DNA of 64,000 bases from Azolla caroliniana. Its lineage: Eukaryota > Plantae > Polypodiophyta. The DNA lies in assembly GCA_043228905.1 (NCBI GenBank), contig JBHGNT010000012.1, positions 4,712,001 through 4,776,000 of the forward strand, read 5' to 3'. The notes beneath the pieces were generated by a model that worked only from the letters and a program-made list of their open reading frames with translations, had not been told where the DNA came from and did not search any database. A program made the position numbers and the translations under genes. Shown one piece after another: positions 51,962-64,000 of the stretch. Within the stretch, counting starts at the first letter, position 1; the number at the start of each line of letters is the position of its first letter.

Positions 51962-54900
51962 TGTTGTGGAAGCATGAAAATAACAATATATATAACCATA
52001 AGTAAAGCTATTATATAGAGTAAGAAGAAAAGATAAAAACAACACCAGAACTATCGAGGTTTGACCAATCAGCTTACGTCCTCCAAAGCAACATGCTCTA
52101 TTACGGTTGGGAGAGAAGAATACAAATTGAGGATATCAAACTAAGAGGGAGAGGAGCGTATTTATAGCTCCCAAACCACCTCCCTAAACCATGCGGGATA
52201 AAGAATGGGCCAAAAAGTTAACAAATCTCCACCTTGGCACAATCTCTAATCCTTCCAAATACAAATCTTCTCAAGCAAACCAAAATAAAACAGATTGCTT
52301 TCAAATCTGCGCCATGAGGCGCCAACTTTAAATGTGTTGGATATTAACCAAGTCTAAACAAAGTTCAAACTTGGCCCTTGTAACCACTTTGGTCAGCATA
52401 TCTTCAGGATTCTCCTTAGTATCAATCTTCTAGAGAAGTATCTCCTCCTCTTCAAGAATTTCCCGCACAAAATGACAGTGAACATCAATGTGCTTCATTC
52501 GTGAGTGAAAGACTTGGTACTTTGCTAAATGAATAACAGTTTGACTGTCAGAATACACATCAAGTTGTTTCTGACCAACTCCCAAGTCTTTAAGCAACCC
52601 ATGAAGCCAAATTGCCTTATAGCCTCTGTAATTGCCATATACTCTGCCTTTGTTGTAGATAGAGCCACCATTGACTGCAAAGTAGACTTCCAACTGATTG
52701 GCACCTTTGTCAAAGTGAACAAATAGCTAGTTGTAGACTGTCACTTATCCAAATCACCTGCATAATTAGAATCACAATATCCAACTATGCCTTTACCAAG
52801 TGATTTATGCTGCTCAAAAGTCAATCCCACATCGGTATTTTGAATATACCGTAGAATCCATTTCACAGGTTGCCAATGACCCTTGCCCGGATCATGCATA
52901 TACCTACTAACAATACTAACAGCATGTGAAATATCGGGTCTTATACACACCATTGCATACATCAAGCTTCCAACTACATTTGCATACGGGACTTTCGCCA
53001 TGTATTCTCGTTCTTCATCAGTTGTGGGAGATAATTGGCTACTCAATTTCAAATGAGGAGCAAGTGGAGTACTTACAAGTTTCGTATCATCATGCATACC
53101 AAAACGTTGTAGTATCCTCTTCAAATACTACTTTTGTGATAGCCAAAGTTTGCCCCTCTCTCAATCTCTACTTATCTCCATGCCGAGAATCTTCTTGGCT
53201 TCCCCCAAATCCTTCATCTCGAACTCTTTACTCATCTAAGCCTTCAATCTATCAATCTCAACTTAACTCTTGGCTGCAATCAACATATCATCAACATATA
53301 AGAGCAAGTAGATGTATGAACCATCTTGAAGATTTCGCAAATACACACAATGATCATATTTGCTTCTCTTGTACTTCTGACCCTTCATGAACTTGTCAAA
53401 TTGTTTGTACCACTATCTCGAAGATTGTTGCAATCCATACAACAATTTGCTAAGTTTACAAACCCAATCTTCGTTACCAGCAACCTTGTATCCTTCAGGC
53501 TGAGTCATATAGATTTCCTCCTTCAAATCACCGTTTAAGAACGCGGTCTTCACATCAAGTTGAGCTAGCTCCAAATTCAATTATGCTACCAAGGCCAACA
53601 AAATTCTAATGGAGGAATGTTTTACAATTGGAGAAAATACCTCATTATAATCAATTCCCTCCTTCTGAGCATAGCCTTTAGCTACCAACCTTGCCTTGTA
53701 GTGAATGTCTTCTTTACTCAGAAATCCTTATTTCTTTGCAAATACCCATTTGCACCCAATTGCCTTTCTCCCTTTTGGTGGTTGTGTCAGCTTCCACGAC
53801 TTGTTCTTCTGAAGAGATTGCATCTATTCTTCCATTGCACTAATCAGTTGCTACTTTCTTTCCTCTGAATGGCCTCTAGGTATGTGGATGGAACATTATC
53901 ATCACAAACTAGAAGTGCATAAGCTACCATGTCAGCGAAACGAGCAGGCTTCTAAATTACTCATATGTATCTTCTTATTGCAATTGGTTCTTATTGCTAT
54001 ACAGGTTCTTGGGTCAGAACCTCTTCCTCATCCGACTCTTCTTCTACCATAGGAGAGTCACCGGTGGTGCTTTGCCTTGGAGTCACCATTGTCTGCTCAA
54101 ACTCCACCTGCTTCGGAGTACCCTCCACTTGTATCGAAGTAAACCTGGTTCTTCCAGATTTACCTTGTTCAACATGGCAAATTCATCAAAGGTAACATCT
54201 CTACTGATAATCGTTTTCTTTGCCTCAAGACGCCCCAAATGGTATCCCTTCACTCCAACATTGAAGCCCATGAAAAGAGCCTTCTTTGCTCGTGGATCCT
54301 ATTTTGATTTAGACTCATGAGAATATGTAGTAGAACCTTCAATATGCAAAGTATCATAATCAGTTGCAGGTTTTCCTAACTATACCTCTAATGGAGTTTT
54401 GCCAGCATTAGACAGCATACAACGAACTTTCTCCACAAGTGTCTTGTTCATACACTTTGACACCCTATTCTGTTGCGGTGTTCTTCTAACATTGAAATGT
54501 CGATTAATGCTACAATCTTCACAGACTTCCAGAAATGGATCACTCTTGTATTCTCCACCATTTTCTTTTTGGAGAACCTTGGTCTTTCTCCTTGTCTGGT
54601 TTTCAACTTGAGCTTTCCATTTAAGGAAAACTCCAAGCACATCATTCTTGTTCTTCATTGTATACATCCAAACTCTCCTGGAAAGATCATCAACAAAAGT
54701 TACAAAATAATGCCTACCTCCAATGGATGGAGTCTTGGTAGGTCCCCACACATCTGAGTGCACATAATCCAAAATACCCTTGGTATTATGAATTGCAGTG
54801 CCAAACCTTACTCTATGTTGCTTTCCCGGAACACAATGCTCACAAAAATCAAGTTTGCAAGTCTTCATGCCTTTCAACAATCCTTACTTTGCAAGAATTT

Positions 54901-56647
54901 GCAAAGACTTTTCACCAACATGTCCCAACCGCATATGCCACAACTTTGTTGCTTTAGTGTCTTTCTTGGTACTTGAAGTTGTTGTTACCACTGTCCCCAC
55001 CATTGTATTACCTTGGTAATAGTACATATTGTTCTTTCTTACGCCTTTCAACATCACCAATACTCCTGAAGTTGCCTTAAGAACTCCATCTCACACCATC
55101 ACAACTAGGCCCTTAGATTCAAGAGCCCCCAAGGAGATGAGATTCTTCTTTAACTTTGGCACATAGCGCAAATCCCTCAAAATTCTTGTGGTTCCATCAT
55201 GATTGCGCAGCTTGATCGAACCTATCCTAGTTTTTTTACATGGATGATCATTACCCATGTAAACAACCCCACCATTGACTTCCTAAAATTCAAAAAACCA
55301 TTGTTGAATAGGACACATATGATAGGTACAACTTGAATCTAAAATCCACTCATATGGATGTGTTCACTGGAGTCTGCAACATTTGCATCTTGTGGACGCT
55401 TTCCTTTCCTCTTCAAATTCGAACAATCTTTCTTCCACTGCCCTTTCTCATGCCAGAAAACACACTCATCTTTGGCAATGCCTCGGCCTTTTGATTTTTG
55501 GACCTTCCCCTTCTCCCCTTAGTATGGCTTTGTTGACGACCTCTTGCCACCAATGCTTCTTCTAATGTCATTGATTTGGTTATCATCTTATCCTACTTTC
55601 TCAATTCATGCCTATATAAAGTAGAACAAACAACATCTAGTGACACGTTCTCTTTCCCGTGAAGTAATGTAGTTTCCAAATGTTCAAATTCATCGAGAAG
55701 AGATGATAACAACATCAAAGCCAGATCCTCATCCTCAAATTTAACATCTAAATTCAACAGGTCTACTACTAATTGATTAAACATGGTGATGTGATCATTC
55801 ATAGTAGCACCTGGTTTGTGGTCAAATCAAAATAACCTCTTCTTCGTAAGGAGCTTATTCTAACCCCTTTTTTTCAGAAATTTGCCCTCCAATGCCTTTC
55901 ACAATTTGTGTGTAGAAGTCTCATTCTTGAAAGCATACTTCTGTTCTCTGGATAGGCACGATCGAATTGTTCTGCATGCCAACCGATTAATGATGCTCCA
56001 ATCTTTTTCGTCTACCTCTTTTGGTTTATCTTCTTCAATGGCAATATCAAGACCTTGTTGAAAAAGAGAATCTAAAACCATCACCTTGCCACATGCTGAA
56101 AAGGCCGGTACCATCAAATATTTCTACCACTAGTTTCGAACTAGACACGAAGAACCTTGACCATGATGACAATGAGCCTGATGTTCCCGGTGGAATCTTC
56201 AACATTGTATTCTCTCCTTTTTCATCTCTTGATGCCATTATACACTTAATAAATAGTATTCAATATTATAGCTATCAACAACCCAAGGTATCAGAATGAC
56301 CAAAGTAATTCTTTTCTGATGTGGAAGAAAAGATAAAGTTGCAACCACAAAGCATACTCATATAGAACCTTGGTTCTTATAGCAATTGTTGTGGAAGCGT
56401 GAAAATAACAATATATATAACCAGAAGTAAAGCTATTATATAGAGTAAGAAGAAAATATAAAACAACACCAGAATTACCGAGGTTCGGCCAATCAACCTA
56501 CATCCTCCAAAGCAGCATCCTCTATTATGGTCGGGAGAGAAGAATACAAATTGAGGATATCAAACTAAGAGGGAGAGGAATGTACTTATAGCTCCCAAAC
56601 CACCTCCCTAAACCATGTGGGATAAAGAATGGGCCAAAAAGTTAACA
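51962..56647 (-). mobile_element. Full-length degenerate Ty1/Copia element (Tork-like)
   Basis: LTRs 51962-52223 and 56387-56647, TSD CCTCT, PPT AAGGTGGAGATT, degenerate Met PBS. Gag (FDGTG.F.MWQ), INT (FCEHC..GKQ..HSDVWGP), RT and RNase H (KHIDV) fragments. Confidence 0.9.
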
Positions 56648-58476
56648 CCTCTAATGCAAGCACAGGTCGGTATAAGATAGATAGCTATTGAGCAACGGTT
56701 GTCGTGGCCTTCTTTCCAGAAACAAATTTTAGTTTGGTGCAACATCGATATGAGGTGCAATCGGAATCGGCCATCAATACAACCAAAAAGTTGAAACCCG
56801 AACAACATGAATTTTGTACCAAAGCCGAAATGGGTGCCGACATAATTAAGAGAATAGTAGAAACCCATTGAAGCCAACTAGAGAAAAGAGTGGAAGAAAG
56901 TTTGATGAAAGGATGGAGAGAATGGTCAACTCAAGCTTCAGAATTACAAATGTTCCGAGCTGACCAAGAAAATCGGTTAAAGGAGGGGAAAGGTTTCTAT
57001 AAAATGGATGAGCAAAGTACAAATCAAATTCAGGAAGATCTTACGAAAGACTTTTATTCGTTAGCCCAAATTCATTCAATAGAGATAAAGAAATTCCTAT
57101 GATCAAATGCAATTTTTTATGGAGTTAGAAGTTTACAAAAAGTAAAGAAGTTAGACAGCAAAAGAGCAGAATGAGGACAAACAAGCCGAACAAATCAATC
57201 TCAGTCATATTGAAGAGGAACAAGAGCAAACCAAGCAAGCAGAGCAGACGAAGGACAAATAAGGCGAGGAATCAACTCAATCAGAGCAACGCATCCTCGA
57301 CATTTTGCACGAAAATTGAAGAGATTTTGTGGGTTCGACCGTGCGAAGCACTGTCCCACAGGTGTGCCATATGTTACCCGTATGGGTATGAAGTTGTTGA
57401 AAGTCGGAAACAATGTGAAAGGGGCAAATGGCCAAATGACCGAAAAGCAGTGTGGAGTCGACACCAAAAATATTATATGTAAAGCTGAATTAAATATAAA
57501 TCGAAATAGTTATTAAATAGAAACAATGTAAATAGTTGGTCTGTAACAGTATGTTGTACGATATTGTAATTGTAATATTGGAAATGGTGTGTCGGTTGGC
57601 ATTGTAACTTCTCCATATCTTTCCTATATAAAGGGGGCATGTGTATTGTATATAGAGGGCTTAATAAAGAGATATCTTTTGGTGATACATTGTATTTGTT
57701 TATGTTTGTGTTGTATTGATTTCATAAATTAATTGTTGTGTTGTGCATAGCCGATTCGATTGTAGTTGATTCGACCATCAGCTAGTTATTTTGGTTGCGT
57801 TCTATTTTGATTTCTCTGACCACGATCTTTGGTAAAGGGTATTTTGTGATAGGATATCCGACCCGTGTTATTGAGAGGATAACAGGTTTTGAACATTAGT
57901 GGACCATGGTATCTTTTCAACTCAAATCTATCAAAATCCATGAGGTCTTTTCCATTAGTATTCTTAAGTTTATAAGCATCGGTCTTTCTTGTGGGTGTCA
58001 CAATGTATGGTTCATCTCCTCTCAGTTTAAAATTTTCCTTGTGTCTCTTGGTGTGTAGGATATGTGCACCTCACAGAGAACACTCTATGAATCAATGAAG
58101 TTGACCTTTCTCTCAATGTCATTTGCGGAGTTCGGACCAACGTATTCCCTTTTGATGGCGAATTGGGCAAGGATGGTTGAGCCTCACTCTCACTAAATGA
58201 TTAAGAAATTATTCAAGATAATATCTCTCACTCTCTCACACTTGATCTCATAGACACTAGAAGTAAAGAATATCTTTATTAACCCTCTTGCTAAGAGGTC
58301 TAACACCAACAAGGAAGAGAGTTTAGTGTTTCTCTACTACACACAAACACTAATCTCTCTTAAGCTTAAGGATTACAAGAAAGAGGAAGAGAAGCTTTAG
58401 CTCTTAATCACTAGGGAGATCTTTACAAATTGAAGAACCCTTACAAAGATACCACAATATGGTTTATATAGGGTTT

Positions 58477-58964
58477 TCTTGAGATATCAAGCTCAACTAA
58501 GTCTAGTCATTTAGTCAACCACATAACTTAATTATAATTACCTAAATAGAATCTAGTTAGAGTGTTGACTATAAAGTCTTGACTCTTAAATATGATTTTA
58601 TACTTGTAGTTAAGTGGGGATACAATCTAGATCCTCCACTACCAAGTTCATTTAATATAGGACTTACATCCTTGTACCTATATTCTCCTCGCACATGTGC
58701 CCCCTTGCACATGAGATTTATAATACCTCATTGTGGGTATTTTTGTACCTTGATGCTTATTCTTGTTAATATAGAGAAAGTTCTTTAGCTACACTCTTGT
58801 TAATCATCCCCCATTTATCTTATTGTTCATAAGTGTTCTTTCTCTCTTCCTCTCACATACACACACACACATCACCTAATCTTTCGCTGCTTAATCACAT
58901 ACGTGATTAACTACTCACATAATTAAACACTAATTAACCCTCATTTAATACCTAATTATTAACA
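58477..58964 (+). mobile_element. Solo LTR (family of 21304-21738), older copy
   Basis: Reverse-complement similarity to 21304-21738 and 25335-25789; ends TTAACA; TSD not clean. Confidence 0.7.
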
Positions 58965-59399
58965 ATTTTACATTAATGGTGTGACCCTTTCACACTTGGT
59001 TGCTTATTGGCTTGCCCCTCCCTTGATTGGTTCTTACGACTCCCTCTTCGTGGGTCCTTTAGTTGTAAGATGTCCTTGATGATGCGCTCTACTTCACGAC
59101 CAAGACCTAATGTAATCCAAACACTTAACACTTCAAGGAGAACACAAGGGCCATGCACCCTTCTTGTATGTTTGTATATTTAACCTTGTTTTCATAGTAT
59201 AATTTACGATGTGCCTTGTTGGTTAACAAAGCATGAAACAAGGTAACAAGTAGGTTTCTATGAGCCACTCTAAGCTCTCAAGTCAAGGGGCTAGGGAGCT
59301 ACTCTCCCATCTCTCCTAGATAGTTATCTTCGATCTAGGACCATGAACTCACCTAAGAGGTATGCCATGACTTCATTAAGAAGGTGATAGCCACGCTCA

Positions 59400-61300
59400 C
59401 TTACTATCTCTAGGGGAAATGAATAATCATGTTTACATTGAGGAATTGAGTTGTGGTCCTAATATCACTTTTGATACAGCCTTTAGCCTCAACCCACTTT
59501 GTGCAATAATCAATTGCAAGTATTATATATTCCATTAGTTTCAAAGCTAAATTTAATGGGCCCATGAAATCAAACCCCATTTCTTGAATGGTTGTTAGGC
59601 AACAATTTGGGGGAGTACATTAAGTTAGCCTTAAGAAGATTTTTATGGTGTCGACACTCGTCACATCATTTCACATGCTCATAAGTGTCCTTGAAGAGTG
59701 TCAACTACCATAACCCATATGATGAGCCTTTCGAGAGGTGTCCTCAAAGGTAAAGTATCCATCTCATTGCACAATGTGCTTATTGAATGATCCTAAGTAC
59801 ATTGTGGTCATGCACATACCAATGGAGGAAATCATCCTTCTCTCATGTGTAAATGTTTCCCTTTTATCATTACAAATGGCTTCACCGCGTCAACAACGAA
59901 CAAGAGAATTCTTTACTACATTGATGCAAAAACAACAGCCCTTCCATTAACACCTAAGAATTCTTTTATCTCAAATTCAAGGAGTGCAACAAAATGCCTC
60001 AATATTCTTCCTATGGAACATATCTTGTTGACTAGGTATAGTAGGTCTTGGTGCTCCAACAAAACAAAAGTGATAAACCAACATATAATTTCCAATGCTT
60101 CATTTTTCATTGTGGAGTAATTTCGTTCACTTGAGTTAAACCGATGACTAGCAAATTTGATGAGGAAATCTAGCTAATCAGTCCCTAATCGACCAAGGAT
60201 AGTTCTGACCTCAAAAGCAAATGCATCTTTGTGGACATGGAACTCCTTATTCCAATTGGGTGACCTTCGAACGAGCATGTGGGCAAGGCAATCAATCTTT
60301 ATTAGTTCAAAGAATGCCATGCATTCATCTATCCAATTAAACTCTTTAAGCACTACATATAGATGTTTTGATTTTTTCGCGAACATCTTGATGAAACTCA
60401 TATAATAATATCCCACATAGCACTAAACCCTTGCAAATTCTTTTCATTGGTTAGGGATGGCATATCAATATGATTTTAACCTTTGATTCATTTGTGGAGA
60501 TACCATCCTTCAATGTAATATGCCCTAGTATTAAATTGTGCTTAACCCATGAGTGACATTTCAATGGGTTTAGGGAATGTTGATACGCTCAATTTCTGCC
60601 AACAATCTTTCTAAGGAAGATGAGGTGTTCATCCCAGGATAAACTACAACAAAGATCATCAACATAGGATTCTACCCCTTTTCATAGATTGGAAGTAAAG
60701 ATGTGATCCACACCTCTTTGTTACGTGCTCGATGCTAGTGTGAGCCCAAATGGCATCTATTTATATGCAATCCATACCAAACTCAATGGTGAAAGCTATC
60801 TTATGTTGGTCTTTGGAAGCCATTGCTATTTGTCTGTATCGAGAGAAACCATTTATGAAAATGCAAGCCTATTTATCTACAACCCTTTTTTTCCAGTAAG
60901 TGCTCAATATACAAGACTGGGTAATTGTCGTGGATAGTGGCGTCGTTGACTTTGTTGCGTATTGTGCATTATCACCTCATAGGATACTCCATCCATATCT
61001 TCGTAACTCCATGCGAATACATATTTAAACTTGTGACGGGAGTGACCAATGCTTCCTCCTTGTGGGGTGTTATGTCAACGACGAATAAACACTGGTTTGT
61101 GATTATCCTCATCATGAAGGTTGACCTCCTCGATTTCTGTAGTAGGACCATTGAGCACGATTCGCAATCCTTGTGATTTTCCTTGTTGGCCGGAGGTATG
61201 TTATGGGTATTAGCACCTTGCTTATACAATCTAAACTGCAATCTACGTCTTTGACTTATGGCAGCCCCCATTGTCATACATCTTTCGTTCTTTGTCATAA
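59400..61300 (-). pseudogene. Highly degraded Gypsy pol remnant
   Basis: Fragments GYY..FIK.FA, PNWNKEFHVH.DA (RT/RNase H) and WGFDFMGP (integrase); boundaries approximate. Confidence 0.55.
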
Positions 61301-61341
61301 ATAACGACATTCATTATGAAAGAGAAAACATGCCATCATGC

Positions 61342-61342
<1 letters not shown>

Positions 61343-61404
<62 letters not shown>

Positions 61405-61539
61405 TGAAAACACACAATTATATTAATAAATGTGTAAAAAACACTACTTACAATGGGTGTGACAATGGAGTATGGTCACCCACTAACTACCCTACATGGG
61501 TAGTGGAACATGTTGAATTTCTTTATTGGAGCAAGTGGA

Positions 61540-61598
<59 letters not shown>

Positions 61599-62065
61599 AC
61601 ACACACACACACACACACAATATATATATATATGTAAAGCATTCCTACTCGAATTGTTGCGAGTGGAGAGGCGAAGCACAATACTGAATGTAAGAAGGGA
61701 AAATGAAGAGAAGGAATCGATTCGATGAGTCACTGAGCCATAGGTGGGTTATCGAGCACATTGATGATTGCAACCACCACCCCACCCCCAACTTGGTGTT
61801 ATGGACAAAGAAGTGAAGTTTCTAGGGAGAAAGGTAGATATATATATATATATATATATATATAGGGGTATTTGGGGAAATAAAGAAGCCCCCGGAGAGA
61901 AAGGAGGAGGGCATCCGCGGAAAACCAAAATTGATTGGAGGAAGAGAATGTTGTTCTGCGCTGAAAGAACAAAGGAAGAAAAGGCACACGCAGAGGAGAA
62001 GGAGAACAGAAGATACATACAGACCCCTGCAGACAGACAGAGGCAGAGTACAGAACCAGACCAGA

Positions 62066-62096
<31 letters not shown>

Positions 62097-62126
62097 AGAA
62101 TCAGAAGCTCTGAGAGAGAGAGATAT
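61343..62126. repeat. Microsatellite cluster (CT)n, (CA)n, (TA)n upstream of SUMO
   Basis: Tracts at 61343-61400, 61543-61632, 61839-61864 and 62066-62126. Confidence 0.95.
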
Positions 62127-62131
62127 CAGCT

Positions 62132-62245
62132 ATGGAGTTCGGCAACAACACACAGGGTAGCAATCCAACTCAGCAGCAGCAGCAAACCGGGGAAGACGAG
62201 AAGAAACCCCTCGATCAACACCTCAGCCTCAAAGTTAAAGGCCAG
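62132..62245 (+). CDS. SUMO: Small ubiquitin-related modifier, coding exon 1
   Basis: MEFGNN...EDEKKPLDQHLSLKVKGQ (38 codons) ending at CAG|GT, the usual plant SUMO intron position. Confidence 0.92.
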
Positions 62246-63832
62246 GTTCATCCTCCTCCTCCTCCTCCTTTCCTCTCTTCTTCTCTGTCTCTTTGCTTTT
62301 TTTCGTACTCAGGTTCAAACAGTAAGGCCTCGTTTTCTCGGTACCCTAACCCTAGACAAACCGATTCTTACATATCATTGCTCTTTCTCTCATGTCTTGA
62401 TTAACGCTAACCTTGCGAAAATGTTGCTTACAGATTCAGGTCATCTTTCTGTGATTCCTAGACCTAGCCATAGGATGAGGAAGAAGAGTATATCTTTCTG
62501 TTATTTTGAAATCCGAGCTATATAAGGAAGAAGAAGATTGCTTTTCTTTCTTTAAAGAGTACACGCTTCTATGATTTTGAAACCATAGCCACGAGAGGAA
62601 GAAGAAGATACGTTTTCTTTCATTAAGCAGAACATCACTCTCTGACTTTGAAACCCTAATCATATGAGAAATAAGCAGATATATTTTCTTTTTTTAAAAG
62701 AGTACAAATTTCTGAGATTTAAACCTTAGTCATAAGAGCAAGAAGAGAAGAGATACTTTTCCTTCATTTGAAGTGAACGTCTTTCGTTGATTTTGAAACC
62801 CTAGCAATCGGTGGAAGGAGAAGAAAATAATGTTTCCTTCACTTATCAAAGAGTCCGAGAAGAAAATAATGCTTCCTTCACTTATCAAAGAGTACATAAA
62901 TAAATTAGTTTTGTAGTATTAATAATAATATGATACAGATGTTTTTATCTTTCTGTGTCTTTTGAATATGGATCTTTCCTGATTGTTTGCTGCCATATCT
63001 TGTTGATCATAGATCTCTCGTTACTTTCTTCTCTGGCTGTTGAATGTCTCGTAGCTGTTGTGATGACAATCTTTCTGCTAGGGTTTTGCAACCCATGAAG
63101 ACATATCAGATGCGAAAAGGAATATTACTGATGTGCAAAAATCTTAGAACAATTGCTATTTAACTCCTAGACTGTTAAAAGAAATGCTATATACAAGACT
63201 GTGGATTCCCTAGCACATTGAATGTTACAGATTTATGCTCGACTATAGATGTTCAACCCTAATAACGTTTCCTTTCCATAAAGAAAGGTGCATGTTCTTG
63301 TAACTCTCCAAAAATATATGAACCTTCATGATCATGATTTGCCTGGATGATTATTTTCATTTGTGAGGAGAGCAGGTTTAGTAAATCTTTTTTATGTTAA
63401 ATGCTGTAGAGTATATATATATATCTATTTATGAATACAGGTTGAATATACTAAATTTGGCCCTTCGATTGGGAACCTGAATAAATTCAAAGTGCATAAG
63501 TATAAAATTAATTGAACTTAGGCTCATTGGGAACCTGTATAAATAATATAGAATGTACAGATATGGCAAATAGAAAAGAGTATGTGCTCAATTGAATGAC
63601 ATGACAAATTTTTGGCAGTAGATTTATGTTTTTTCATACAGGTTTACTTCTCTGCTTGCTATTAACCTTTTCTAGCATCCAACTTTACATATTTGTATTT
63701 GTGTGTGAAACTGATATTTAGGCTAATATTATAGTTCATCGATATTGAATACATCCACTGCCGCCTTGTCATTTCCAATTTTCTGTATGTGGTGGTATCT
63801 CTACTTACTTCACTTTGAATGTGGAAATGCAG

Positions 63833-63982
63833 GATGGAAATGAAGTGTTCTTTAGAATCAAGCGTTCAACACAACTGAAGAAGCTAATGAATGCATATTG
63901 TGAGAGGCAATCAGTAGATCCGAACTCTATGGCTTTCTTGTTTGATGGTCGCCGTCTAAGGGCTGAGCAGACACCTGCCGAA
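63833..63982 (+). CDS. SUMO: Small ubiquitin-related modifier, coding exon 2 (gene continues beyond window)
   Basis: TGCAG| acceptor, [50 protein letters not shown], then GTATGT donor; both junctions phase 0. Confidence 0.95.
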
Positions 63983-64000
63983 GTATGTGATACATAGAGT

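Noticed and set aside
56650-58470. Short ORFs and LTR-like pieces that might be a host gene
   Set aside because: No recognisable domain or splice pattern; they look like fragmented retroelement sequence whose boundaries I could not define.
61338-62160. Leu/Ser, His/Thr and Tyr/Ile repeat ORFs (also 44496-44753 and 33577-33818)
   Set aside because: Microsatellite translations.
62132-62404. 90-aa single-exon ORF, and the ORF starting at 63815
   Set aside because: Both read through splice sites; the coding parts are SUMO exons 62132-62245 and 63833-63982.

Overview
Eukaryotic, land-plant genomic DNA; the retroelement lineages and SUMO sequence suggest a seed-free plant such as a fern (inference). 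About 61 kb is nested, decaying retroelements. These comprise two chromodomain-bearing Gypsy elements (393-22970 minus; 30799-44336 plus), a GC-rich tRNA-Trp-primed Ylt1/Phygy/Selgy-like Gypsy (1108-7959), several Copia elements, about 15 solo LTRs (most delimited by TG..CA ends and target-site duplications), an RT-deleted RTE-X-like LINE and Athila-like remnants. A 5.3-kb tandem array of about 35 tRNA-Pro(CGG) gene/pseudogene units lies at 23205-28515. The only host gene is SUMO (exons 62132-62245 and 63833-63982), which runs off the window. The most notable signals concern one Gypsy lineage. All six insertions assigned to it have 4-bp TSDs centred on CpG. Four of its solo LTRs carry tRNA-like A-box/B-box modules in a conserved arrangement around the TATA box. 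Its full-length copy has a -1 frameshift signal (GGAUUUU plus pseudoknot) placed after the protease rather than before it. All calls were made by eye, without alignment or database searches.
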